DNA of 43,966 nucleotides from assembly GCA_043760745.1 (NCBI GenBank), contig JAYUOP010000293.1:1-43966 (forward strand), written 5' to 3'. Shown piece after piece: positions 23,115-32,600 of this stretch; the stretch's first letter is position 1; every line of letters begins with the position of its first letter. Below the pieces are notes generated by a model that saw nothing but the letters and a program-made list of their open reading frames with translations, was not told where the DNA came from and did not search any database. The translations under genes were made by a program, and so were the position numbers. Source of the DNA: Hyphomicrobiales bacterium. Lineage in GTDB: Bacteria; Pseudomonadota; Alphaproteobacteria; Rhizobiales; Aestuariivirgaceae.

Positions 23115-24683
23115 TTAGTTGTTCAACGCCTTTTCAGCAGCAGCGATCGAAGCTTGACGCTTCGCGATTTCTGCGCCAACAGGCGGGCCCTTAAAGCGCT
23201 TATTTTCGCTCAATACCCAGAACAGTCCCAAGAGAACTGCGAAGGCTACTGAGTAAATCCAAAGGCCGGGAACAAAGCTAGTTCCAGCAGTTGCATCGGC
23301 TTGGATTGACGGCACGAAGATGTGACCTGCGATGGTCACGACAACGGCACCAATCCCTACGATCACTGCAAACAACTTGGAAAAGCCACCGAGGCGGAAG
23401 CTGCCAAATTCTTTCCAAGTCTTTCCTTCAGCAAAGAGACCAGCAACAACTGGCATTGCGTAAGAAATATAGAGATACATAGCGCAACCCGTCGAAAGAG
23501 CAGCGAACGCACCGAGCGGTGTGGTGATTGCGGTCAATATGCTGGTCACAACTACTGTGGCCCAGATTGCTGCTGTTGGTGTGCGGTAAGTTGGGCTGAC
23601 CGATGCCAAGAGCTTGGATGCTGGCAAGCCACCATCACGGGCAAAGGCATAGATCATGCGCGAGGTCGAGGTAACCGCGGCAAGAGCACATAAGAAGTTA
23701 GAAATGATCACACCCACCAACATCAATTTGCCCAAGAACGAAGGCAAAATCACTGCGGTGAAGAGGTTGTTAAATGAAGCCCAGCCAGAAGCGGCTGATG
23801 CGGTTGTGTCAGGAATAGCCATGACCATCGCAAGGATGAGCACAAAGCCAAAAACCAATGACCAGAACACAGAGTGCAACATGCCCTTATGAACGGTGTT
23901 GCGCGCATCTCTGGTTTCTTCTGCAGTATGGGCAGAAGCGTCGAAGCCAGTAATCGTGAACAATGGATACAAGAGACCAATAATCATGGCCATCAGGTTT
24001 CCAACTTGTGGCGAAACATTGCCGCCGGGAGCGCCAGTGTTATTCACAAAGGTGAAGGCCTTTCCGAGATCGAAGCTAGGTGCCGCCATCAAAAACATGA
24101 TGATCAAAATTGCCGTCACTGCCAAAATGATATAGCCCGAAATATCGGTCAACATAGTGGTGAGCTTGATACCGAAATGGTTCAATGCACCTTGGGCAAC
24201 TGTCAACGCGACAACGGACCAAATCTGTGTCCATGTTCCCCAACCGGAAACATCCCAGCCCAGCAAAGCACCAAAAAACAAATCTTTAGTGATGAAGTAA
24301 AGGAACACGTTAACCGCTGGAACAACGAAGAACAGGCCGAGCAAGTTAATCCATGCTGTAGCCCAGCCCCAGAAGCGACCGCCAAGAATTGATGACCAGT
24401 GATATAGACCACCAGCGGTTGGATAAGATGATGCGATTTGACCGAGTGAAGCTGCTACAACAAGGGCGAATACGCCGCCAATGATCCAGCCAATGGTCAA
24501 TGACCACGGACCGCCTGTGGACATCGCAATCGGGAATGATCCGAAGCCACCAGAGATGATGCAGATGATTGAGAAAGAAATTGCGAAGCTTTGAAATGGC
24601 CCCATGCGGCGGGATAATTCCTGCGCATAGCCCATGCCGTGAAGGACTTTTTCGTCCTCACTCATATGTTTATTATCAGCCAT
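23115..24683 (-). CDS. APC superfamily amino acid/amine permease (amino acid/choline transporter, GabP/BAT1-like)
   Basis: About 12 hydrophobic segments. LHGMGYAQELSRRM..FAISFS, YPTAGGLYHW, TGFDASAHTAEET, SRMIYAFARDGGLP. SD GGGAGG. Confidence 0.85.
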   Translation of the reverse strand: MADNKHMSEDEKVLHGMGYAQELSRRMGPFQSFAISFSIICIISGGFGSFPIAMSTGGPWSLTIGWIIGGVFALVVAASLGQIASSYPTAGGLYHWSSILGGRFWGWATAWINLLGLFFVVPAVNVFLYFITKDLFFGALLGWDVSGWGTWTQIWSVVALTVAQGALNHFGIKLTTMLTDISGYIILAVTAILIIMFLMAAPSFDLGKAFTFVNNTGAPGGNVSPQVGNLMAMIIGLLYPLFTITGFDASAHTAEETRDARNTVHKGMLHSVFWSLVFGFVLILAMVMAIPDTTASAASGWASFNNLFTAVILPSFLGKLMLVGVIISNFLCALAAVTSTSRMIYAFARDGGLPASKLLASVSPTYRTPTAAIWATVVVTSILTAITTPLGAFAALSTGCAMYLYISYAMPVVAGLFAEGKTWKEFGSFRLGGFSKLFAVIVGIGAVVVTIAGHIFVPSIQADATAGTSFVPGLWIYSVAFAVLLGLFWVLSENKRFKGPPVGAEIAKRQASIAAAEKALNN

Positions 24684-24898
24684 TTAGGCCCTCCCAAAAA
24701 AGATCACAGGGCTTGATCTCAAAATGTTGTAAAAAGCAAAAATGCAACACGCCCACGCGCATTACCCCAAGCTCTTTAACTCCCTGTTCTTCATTGTGGC
24801 GACTTTGTGGCGAAACGTCAACCTTGGTTGTACGACGAAAGTTGCGGTACGTGACATGGCGGCTTTTCGTGGTAGTCTTTTGGAATGGAGATTTGCAC

Positions 24899-26428
24899 AT
24901 GAGTGAAACACAACATCGGCGCGGTGGCGGTAGGGATAGCAGACGGGCATTACGGGCGGCACCTATGCTGGCATTTCCAACGCTGGTTCGGGAAATTCCC
25001 ACTTATCAAATGGTGCCTGATGAAGCGGTGGAATTAATCCACGACGAGTCCATGAAAATTTTGGAAGAAGTGGGGTGCGAGTTTCGCGATGATGAAGCGA
25101 TTTCGATGTGGAAAGCTGCCGGGGCCGATGTGCAAGGAACTCGCGTGCGCGTCGATCGCGCATTGCTCATGGAGCTCGTCGGCAAAATACCGTCAGAGTT
25201 TACTCTCAATGCACGAAACCCCGAGCGCACGGTAAAAGTTGGCGGCAAGAATACGGTGTTCGTGCCGATGTATGGCGCACCATATGTGCGCGGGCTTGAT
25301 GGTGAGCGGCGCTATGGCTCGCTTGAGGATCTAAACAATCTGCACAAGCTGGCGCAGATGGCTCCGTCATTACACTCCGCAAGTTCGATCATTTGCGAGC
25401 CAATGGAAGTGCCCGTACCGAAGCGGCATTTACATATCATCAATTCAGCGCTGACCCATTCTGATAAACCATTCATGGGGATCGTCACTTCAAAAGAACG
25501 CGCCGAAGACACCATGAAAATGGCTGGGATTGTGTTTGGCAAGGACTATGTGAAAGACAACACCGTTGTTGTTTCGATCACCAATTGTAATTCGCCACTG
25601 GTCTGGGATTCAACCATGTTGGACGCAATGCGCGTTTATACACGGAATAATCAGCCATTGATTTTAGCACCATTTGCTTTGTGTGGCGCTTCAACGTCCG
25701 CTTCGGCCATTGGTGCCGTGGCGCAAGTGAATGCAGAAGCCTTGGTGGGACTGGCTTATACCCAATTGATCAGACCGGGATCGCCTCAGATCTATGGGCA
25801 GTTTATGGTCACCGTTGATATGAAAACCGGGGCTCCTATGGGTGGAACGCCGGAGGCTGCCCAAATGATGTATGTCATGGGGGCATTGGCGCGGAAGTAT
25901 AATTTAACGTGGCGCACGTCCGGCTTTCATGTCGGTTCTAAAGTTAATGATGCGCAAGCGGGCTATGAATCCAATATGCTGATGCATGCGGCAATTCTTT
26001 CTGGCGCGAATTACATTTGGCATGTAGCGGGCTGGCTCGAAGCTGGTTTATGTTGTGGCTATTCAAAATTTGTGACGGACTGCGAGCAATTGCAGGGCTG
26101 GTATAAATATGCCGGTGGCTTGAAATTTGATGATTTCAAAGAGGCCATGGCGGCAGTTCGCGAGGTTGGACCGCAGGGGCATTTCTTAGGGACAGCGCAT
26201 ACGCTTGAGCATTTTGAAAAAGCATTTTTTATGCCTTCAGTAATGGACTTTAATTCATTTGAACAATGGTCGGCGGAGGGCGCTAAAACCCACGACGAGC
26301 GCGGCCGCGATAAAGCCCGCGCCATGCTTGCTGCATATGAGAAGCCAGCGATGGATCAAGCGGTTGCTGATGAGCTCTCAGACTTTATCGCACGAAGAGA
26401 GCGCGAATTGCCGAATAACGTTAGTTAA
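24899..26428 (+). CDS. Trimethylamine methyltransferase (MttB) family protein, non-pyrrolysine
   Basis: Arg/Gly-rich N-terminus, IHDESMKILEEVG, NCNSPL, VDMKTGAP.GGTPE, DAQAGYES, AGWLEAGL, VGPQGHFLG. ATG 24899 after GGAG. No in-frame TAG. Confidence 0.88.
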   Translation: MSETQHRRGGGRDSRRALRAAPMLAFPTLVREIPTYQMVPDEAVELIHDESMKILEEVGCEFRDDEAISMWKAAGADVQGTRVRVDRALLMELVGKIPSEFTLNARNPERTVKVGGKNTVFVPMYGAPYVRGLDGERRYGSLEDLNNLHKLAQMAPSLHSASSIICEPMEVPVPKRHLHIINSALTHSDKPFMGIVTSKERAEDTMKMAGIVFGKDYVKDNTVVVSITNCNSPLVWDSTMLDAMRVYTRNNQPLILAPFALCGASTSASAIGAVAQVNAEALVGLAYTQLIRPGSPQIYGQFMVTVDMKTGAPMGGTPEAAQMMYVMGALARKYNLTWRTSGFHVGSKVNDAQAGYESNMLMHAAILSGANYIWHVAGWLEAGLCCGYSKFVTDCEQLQGWYKYAGGLKFDDFKEAMAAVREVGPQGHFLGTAHTLEHFEKAFFMPSVMDFNSFEQWSAEGAKTHDERGRDKARAMLAAYEKPAMDQAVADELSDFIARRERELPNNVS

Positions 26429-26489
26429 GCGGTTAAAAAGATTTACGTGACTATTCTGTCCGATCTTTAATGCTTGAAGTTGGAAGCTA

Positions 26490-26705
26490 ATGGGAAAAAT
26501 TGTTAAGTTTAGTCGTTTTGCTTTGAATGATGCGAAAAAGGAAAACAATGCCTCCAATCTAAAGCAGCGTTTCACTGAATTTACAAAAACGATTAGTCTT
26601 AATGCAAGGAAGCAAACCGCACTTTTGATTGCCGAACGAGCAGCATTAGGGTTTTTTACTGTGTTGTTTGCCGGACTGGTCATCACATATTTTTTACTGT
26701 GGTAG
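26490..26705 (+). CDS. Hypothetical small protein with C-terminal transmembrane helix
   Basis: 71-aa ORF fills the intergenic gap. Basic N-terminus and hydrophobic tail AALGFFTVLFAGLVITYFLLW. AT-rich. Confidence 0.5.
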   Translation: MGKIVKFSRFALNDAKKENNASNLKQRFTEFTKTISLNARKQTALLIAERAALGFFTVLFAGLVITYFLLW

Positions 26706-26741
26706 TCGGAAAAGTCAAAGACACGTCCAAGGGGAAGCGCT

Positions 26742-27194
26742 TTGCAAATTTACATTGATGCTGACGCTTGTCCTGTAAAGGAAGAAGCAGCGAAAGTGGT
26801 GGCGCGGCATGGGTTGGTGATTACATACGTATCCAATGCGCATATGCGATTGCCGTTTGGTGAAAACGTGAAACGCATGGTGGTGCAAGCGGGCGCTGAT
26901 GCGGCAGATGATTGGATTGTGGAGCAAGTTGTTGCCAATGATATTGTGGTGACCCAAGATATTCCTTTAGCGTCTAGGGCGCACAAAAAAGGCGCGCGCG
27001 TGATCGCGAACAATGGCAAGGCCTTCACCGATGATAGTATAGGGATGGCATTGGCGATGCGCGATTTGATGAGCCACCTCCGCGAGACCAGCGGCATACC
27101 CGGAAATAATCCGGTGTTCACGCCGCGGGATCGGTCTAATTTTCTTCAAGGGATGGAAAATGTCATTCAATTGATTAAACGTGGCGCAGTTTAA
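26742..27194 (+). CDS. yaiI: YaiI/YqxD family protein (UPF0178)
   Basis: IYIDADACPVK, DAADDWI, VVTQDIPLA. TTG start after GGGGA. Confidence 0.88.
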   Translation: MQIYIDADACPVKEEAAKVVARHGLVITYVSNAHMRLPFGENVKRMVVQAGADAADDWIVEQVVANDIVVTQDIPLASRAHKKGARVIANNGKAFTDDSIGMALAMRDLMSHLRETSGIPGNNPVFTPRDRSNFLQGMENVIQLIKRGAV

Positions 27195-27215
27195 ACAAGC
27201 TGCTAGGATGACCGC

Positions 27216-27839
27216 ATGCAAGATTATGTGACTTCCGCTATTGCCACGCTGCTCGTTGTCGCTGATCCAATTTTTCTCAGCGCCATTTTTCTTGGGTTGA
27301 CCAATGATCTGTCTAAGAAGGACCGCAATGAAGTAGCCTTGCGGGGCTCAATCATTGCGCTTTGTATTTTGATTGCGGCGGGACTTGGTGGCGCACAACT
27401 TCTAAAACTATTAGGCATATCATTATCGGCATTTCGGATTGCGGGTGGCTTGCTGTTGCTTTCAGCGGCGGCGGAAATGGTGTTTGATCGCCGGGCACAG
27501 CGCTTGCAGAATACGGCTGATACAGCCGTAAGCGTGGACCATGTCAAAAACATTGCGGCCTTCCCATTGGCTATTCCTTTGATGGCGGGGCCGGGGGCGA
27601 TTACTGCTATGATTTTGCTCGCGGGCAAAGCTGAGGGATCAGTTGCTATGCTCAGCGCGCTCTTTGCCGTGGCTGCACTCGTCATGCTAAGTTGTTACAT
27701 TTGCTTTCGCATGGCTGAACGAATTTCGAGCACGATGGGGATCACAGGCCGCGCGGTTATCTCGCGGTTGCTTGGTATTGTATTAGCTGCTCTGGCTGTG
27801 CAGTTTATCATCGACGGAGTTTTAACTTTAACGACTTAA
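27216..27839 (+). CDS. marC: MarC family integral membrane protein
   Basis: DP motif, GISLSAFRIAGG, FPLAIPLMAGPGAI, SRLLGIVLAALAVQF. Confidence 0.88.
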   Translation: MQDYVTSAIATLLVVADPIFLSAIFLGLTNDLSKKDRNEVALRGSIIALCILIAAGLGGAQLLKLLGISLSAFRIAGGLLLLSAAAEMVFDRRAQRLQNTADTAVSVDHVKNIAAFPLAIPLMAGPGAITAMILLAGKAEGSVAMLSALFAVAALVMLSCYICFRMAERISSTMGITGRAVISRLLGIVLAALAVQFIIDGVLTLTT

Positions 27840-27848
27840 AGTGATAGC

Positions 27849-29042
27849 TTAACTTGGCCTATACGTTTTGAGCCAAATCCCAAATCTTGCCATTGCTTCA
27901 ATGAGTTTTGCTTCATCCTTCAAGTAACACATGCGCAAATGGCCTTCGCCACCAGGGCCGAACGTGCCGCCGGGGGCGAATCCGACGTTCGCCTCGTCAA
28001 TGATTTGCAAACAGGTTTTCATGCTGTCGGTCATACCGTCTATGCTGAAGAACATGTAGAATGCGCCATCAGGAATTTGGAATTTTACATGTGGGAATTT
28101 TTGTAAAGCGCTGACGACAATGTCGCGATTGCGACGGGCTTTGGCAACTTGCTCAATTATAAAATCGTCTCCGTGATCGAGCGCTGCTACGCAGCCCCGT
28201 TGCAAGAAAACTGCCGTGCCACTGGAGTTGTATTGAATGCTGCGTTCAATGGCCGAGCCTAAAGCTTTTGGTGCTTGCAACCAGCCAACGCGCCAACCGG
28301 TCATGGCCCAGTTTTTCGAAAATGTATTGGTGAGGAGAAGTTGTTCTTCCGTATCACAAATATCGAGAAATGACGGCGCTCTGGTTTCACCATTTTTACC
28401 ATAGTAAAAGCGCGAATAAACTTCATCACCAAAAATCCACAAACCGTGTTTGCGGCAAACATCTCTGATCGCGATTAAGTCTTCCAGCGAAGCCGTCCAG
28501 CCCAAAGGGTTTGATGGTGAATTCAAACAGATGGCCTTGGTACGGGGGCCAATTGCATCAAACAGCCGATCAAAATCTAAAGACCAACGCCCGTTCTTAA
28601 AATCCATCGGCACTTCAACGGCGCGTGAACCTTGAATGCGAATGGGGCCAGCGTAATTTGGCCAAGCGGGCGTTGGGATAATGATTTCATCGCCTTCGCC
28701 TGCAATAGATTGGATGGCCGATTGAATTGCGCCCATGCCGCCGGTGGTCACAAAGAAATTCTCGTGGGAAAATTCGCGGCCAAATTGACGCGTATGATAA
28801 CGGGCAAGCGCTTCCCGCAATTCGGGAATACCGCGCTGATAGGTGTAAAAAGTTTCCCCCTGCAGCAAGCTTTCTGTGGCAGAGCGGCAAAAGGCTTCTG
28901 GCGTCGGCACATTACCTTCGCCCGACCATAAAGAAATTATGCCCGGCTTGCCAAAGCCATACATGGCAGCAGCGACAATGCCGCTATCGGGTTCATTACG
29001 TGATTGTGGGGTGATGGCGGACTGGAGCTGATTTGGGTTCAT
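27849..29042 (-). CDS. PLP-dependent aminotransferase class I/II (aspartate aminotransferase-like)
   Basis: NSPSNPLG, DEVY, TFSKNWAMTGWRVG (PLP Lys), GAFY. Confidence 0.88.
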   Translation of the reverse strand: MNPNQLQSAITPQSRNEPDSGIVAAAMYGFGKPGIISLWSGEGNVPTPEAFCRSATESLLQGETFYTYQRGIPELREALARYHTRQFGREFSHENFFVTTGGMGAIQSAIQSIAGEGDEIIIPTPAWPNYAGPIRIQGSRAVEVPMDFKNGRWSLDFDRLFDAIGPRTKAICLNSPSNPLGWTASLEDLIAIRDVCRKHGLWIFGDEVYSRFYYGKNGETRAPSFLDICDTEEQLLLTNTFSKNWAMTGWRVGWLQAPKALGSAIERSIQYNSSGTAVFLQRGCVAALDHGDDFIIEQVAKARRNRDIVVSALQKFPHVKFQIPDGAFYMFFSIDGMTDSMKTCLQIIDEANVGFAPGGTFGPGGEGHLRMCYLKDEAKLIEAMARFGIWLKTYRPS

Positions 29043-29057
29043 GGCATGAGTATAGAC

Positions 29058-29093
29058 AAAAAAGAAACCCGAGCGCTAGGCATCCGGGTTTCT
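29058..29093 (-). terminator. Rho-independent terminator downstream of mscL
   Basis: Minus-strand AGAAACCCGG...UCGGGUUUCU followed by U5. Confidence 0.75.
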
Positions 29094-29115
29094 CAACAGT
29101 TATGCGAAAAGTGAA

Positions 29116-29532
29116 TTACTTCTTCTTGGCACCAGCCAAAGAGTCGCGAATTTCAGCAAGCAAAGATTCGGTTGCTGTTGGACCTGCTGGTGGAGCGGCA
29201 GGTGTTTCTTTCTTCATGCGGTTAGAAATCTTGACCAATTGCAACAATACAAATGCAAGGATCAAGAAACCGATTACAACTTGAATGAAGTTACCATAAG
29301 CAAATGTGGCACCTGCTTCTTTTGCAGCTGCCAAAGTTGTTGCTGGTGCGCCGGCGAGTTGTACGAACTTGTTCGAGAAATCAATGCCGCCGGACAAAAG
29401 TCCAACTACTGGCATGATCAAATCTTCAACAACAGAGTTGACGATTTTGCTGAATGCGCCGCCCATGATCACGCCGATAGCGAGATCAAATGCGTTGCCT
29501 TTAAATGCGAAGTCTTTAAATTCTTGCCACAT
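29116..29532 (-). CDS. mscL: Large-conductance mechanosensitive channel
   Basis: [36 protein letters not shown]. Confidence 0.96.
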   Translation of the reverse strand: MWQEFKDFAFKGNAFDLAIGVIMGGAFSKIVNSVVEDLIMPVVGLLSGGIDFSNKFVQLAGAPATTLAAAKEAGATFAYGNFIQVVIGFLILAFVLLQLVKISNRMKKETPAAPPAGPTATESLLAEIRDSLAGAKKK

Positions 29533-29590
29533 GGGAAACCCCTTTTTTGTGTTTCAATTTCATGCGCCCCCGTTGGATGCATTACGCCTC

Positions 29591-29622
29591 TTAACTTATT
29601 CGTAAGATTAACGAAAGATTAA
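29591..29622. promoter_or_regulatory. Tandem CtrA-like boxes between mscL and the hybrid kinase
   Basis: Perfect TTAA-N7-TTAA at 29608-29622 and TTAA-N7-GTAA at 29591-29605. Confidence 0.5.
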
Positions 29623-29692
29623 ATTTTAGGTGGCCTTGCCTTGCTCCTTTGCTTTTCCTAATGCAAAAGAAGACTTTCAGATTGGGACTTCT

Positions 29693-32600
29693 ATGTTTCT
29701 TGAAAACTGGATCGTGTTGCTGGCGGGGCTCGCTTATGTGAGCATCTTGTTTTGCGTTGCGACCCTCGGCGATAAATGGGCGGTCAAACGGGCGGGCTTG
29801 CGCATTCAAAAACCGCTGATTTACGCATTGTCACTCGGTGTGTACTGCACCTCGTGGACATATTTCGGCAGTGTTGGCGTTTCGTCGCGCACGGGCTTTG
29901 ATTTTATTCCGATTTATCTGGGACCAATACTTCTCTTTGCGTTCGGGTGGCGCTTGATTAGCCGAATTGTGATGGTTTCAAAACGCGAGAATATCGCGTC
30001 GATCGCCGACTTTATTTCAGCGCGTTACGGCAAGAGCCAAAGCCTTGGTGCTTTGGTGGCGGTCATCGCCGTCATTGGAATTGTTCCCTATATTTCTATT
30101 CAGCTTAAGGCGCTGGCGTTTTCTTTGCAGACCATGATGGATGCATCGGGTTGGGTGATTTCGGCATTGGGAACTTCACCTGTCGGTGGCAATATGGCCT
30201 TGCTAGCCACTGTGGCGCTGGCGCTATTCTCTATTTTATTTGGCACTCGCCACATTGATACAACAGAACATCAAGATGGCATGATCCTCGCAATTGCCGT
30301 GGAATCAGTCGTGAAACTTCTCGCTTTTATGGCGGTGGGAATTTTTGTGACTTTTTGGACGATGGGCGGAATTGGCCCGCTGCTTGCCGAAGTACAAAAT
30401 GACCCAACCATAAATGCGGTTTTTAGCACGGCTCCTGACGGCGGTCGGTGGTTGACCATGATGCTGCTCTCGACGTGCGCAATTATTTTGTTGCCACGAC
30501 AGTTTCATGTGACTGTGGTTGAGAATAGCCACCGCAATGATGTGAAACGGGCAGCTTGGCTATTTCCACTTTATCTCATCGCGATAAATATTTTTGTGGC
30601 TCCAATTGCAATTGCCGGCCTTAGCTTGGTGCGCGAGGCTGATGCTGACACTTATGTTTTGGCGCTGCCTATTATGGCGGAAAACAATGTCGTGGCGCTG
30701 ATTGCATTCATCGGCGGATTGTCGGCGGCAACGGCCATGGTCATTATGGAGACCATTGCCTTGTCCATTATGGTTTGCAACAACTTGGTGGTGCCCATTT
30801 TGTTGCGGCGGCAAGATGAAATGGCTGTGGTGCAGGCTGATATGGGTAAGCGCCTTAAGATCATCCGGCGCATTGCCATCTGCGTTATTTTGGGATTGGC
30901 TTATAGTTATTTCTTGGCCGCTGGAAACTCAGCCGCACTCGCTCAAACTGGGTTGATTTCTTTTGCGGCCGTCGCTCAATTTGCACCAGCATTTTTTGGT
31001 GGCTTAATGTGGAAACGGGCAACGGCACGCGGTGCGCGGGCCGGAATTATTGTGGGCTTCCTGCTCTGGGCTTACACCTTGCTGCTGCCTTCATTCATAG
31101 ATTCCGGCTGGCTTGACCCCATCGTTTTGGGACAAGGTCCATTTGGCATTGGGGCTTTGCGTCCGCGCATGTTGTTTGGACTTGAGTTTGATAGTCTTAC
31201 CCATGGTGTGATTTGGAGCCTGATGGGGAATATCGCCTGCTATGTTGGTTTTTCTTTAATGCGAAAGCCAACTGGCATTGAACAATTGCAAGCAGAGGTT
31301 TTCGTTGATAGTGACCGCGTACAAAGATCGGGTGGCGATTATCGATTTTGGCGGAGCACAGTTACCACTGGACAAGTTGAGGAAACTGTTGCGCGTTATC
31401 TCGGACCCGACCGGGCGCGCGCCGCATTTTCAGAGATGGCAGAAGAGCGGCATATTGCCGACGATCCGGAACTTGAAGCGGATGTTCGGATTTTGCGGTT
31501 CGGCGAACTACTTTTAGCTTCGGCGGTTGGGGCCGCGTCTTCGCGTTTGGTTATGGCCTTGTTACTGGAGCGCCACTCAAAAGGCTCGCGTGGTGCCATG
31601 CAGTTATTCGATGATGCCTCAGCGGCTATTCAATACAACCGCGAGCTTTTGCAATCTGCCATTGATAATGTTCCGCAAGGAATTGCGGTGCTAGATGCAG
31701 ATTACAACTTGATCTGTTGGAACCTGCAATATCGCGCTCTACTCGCTTTGCCGGATCACTTGGCAAGGGTTGGTGTTCCAATTTCCGAAATTGCGCTGGC
31801 TTTAGTTGATGAGCGTGCAAATGTTGCAACACGGCTACAGCAGCTCACAAAAACCCACAACAGCTTCCGTAAAAGCTTTAATGAATCTGGACGGGTTATT
31901 GACGTTGAAAGTGATGCCATGCCTGATGGTGGTATTGTTGTAACTTTCACTGATGTGACAGCAAATGTGCGCAATGCCGAAGCCTTGCAAAGTGCGAATG
32001 AAACCTTAGAGCGCCGAGTGTCTGAGCGCACGGCCGAACTCACGAAACTGAATATTGAGCTGGCAAAGGCAAAGGCAGAAGCGGATGCGGCCAACTTGGG
32101 GAAAACCCGATTTATTGCGGCGGCAAGCCATGATATTTTGCAACCATTGAACGCTGCGCGGCTGTTCACATCCTCTCTCGTCGAGCGGGAAACAGGTCAA
32201 CAAAATGCAGAGCTTGTGCGCAATGTGGATGCATCGCTAGAAGCCGTTGAGGATATTCTATCAACGGTTCTCGATATCTCGCGGCTTGATGCAGGAGCCA
32301 TGAAACCAGAACTTTCGGCATTTCGATTGCAAGATATTTTTGAAGCGTTAGCGCGCGAGTTTGCGCCTTTGGCTAAGGATAAAAATCTAAAACTTCTTAT
32401 TTTGAAAACGGCGGCTGTAGTCTATTCGGACAAGCGGTTGTTACGCCGGATTTTGCAGAACCTGCTTTCGAATGCGATTAAATACACGCCACGTGGCCGC
32501 GTATTGATGGGAGTCAAGCGGCTAGGTTCGGCGCTTGCGGTGCAGGTCCATGATACCGGATATGGCATTGCGCCAGAGCAGCATAAATTGATCTTTCGGG

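Noticed and set aside
24569-24898. 110-aa N-terminal extension of the MttB ORF in the ORF track
   Set aside because: It overlaps the divergent permease start and promoter region. An SD plus ATG at 24899 gives a family-typical N-terminus.
24899-26428. Possible pyrrolysine read-through in the MttB-family gene
   Set aside because: No in-frame TAG and no pyl genes in the window.
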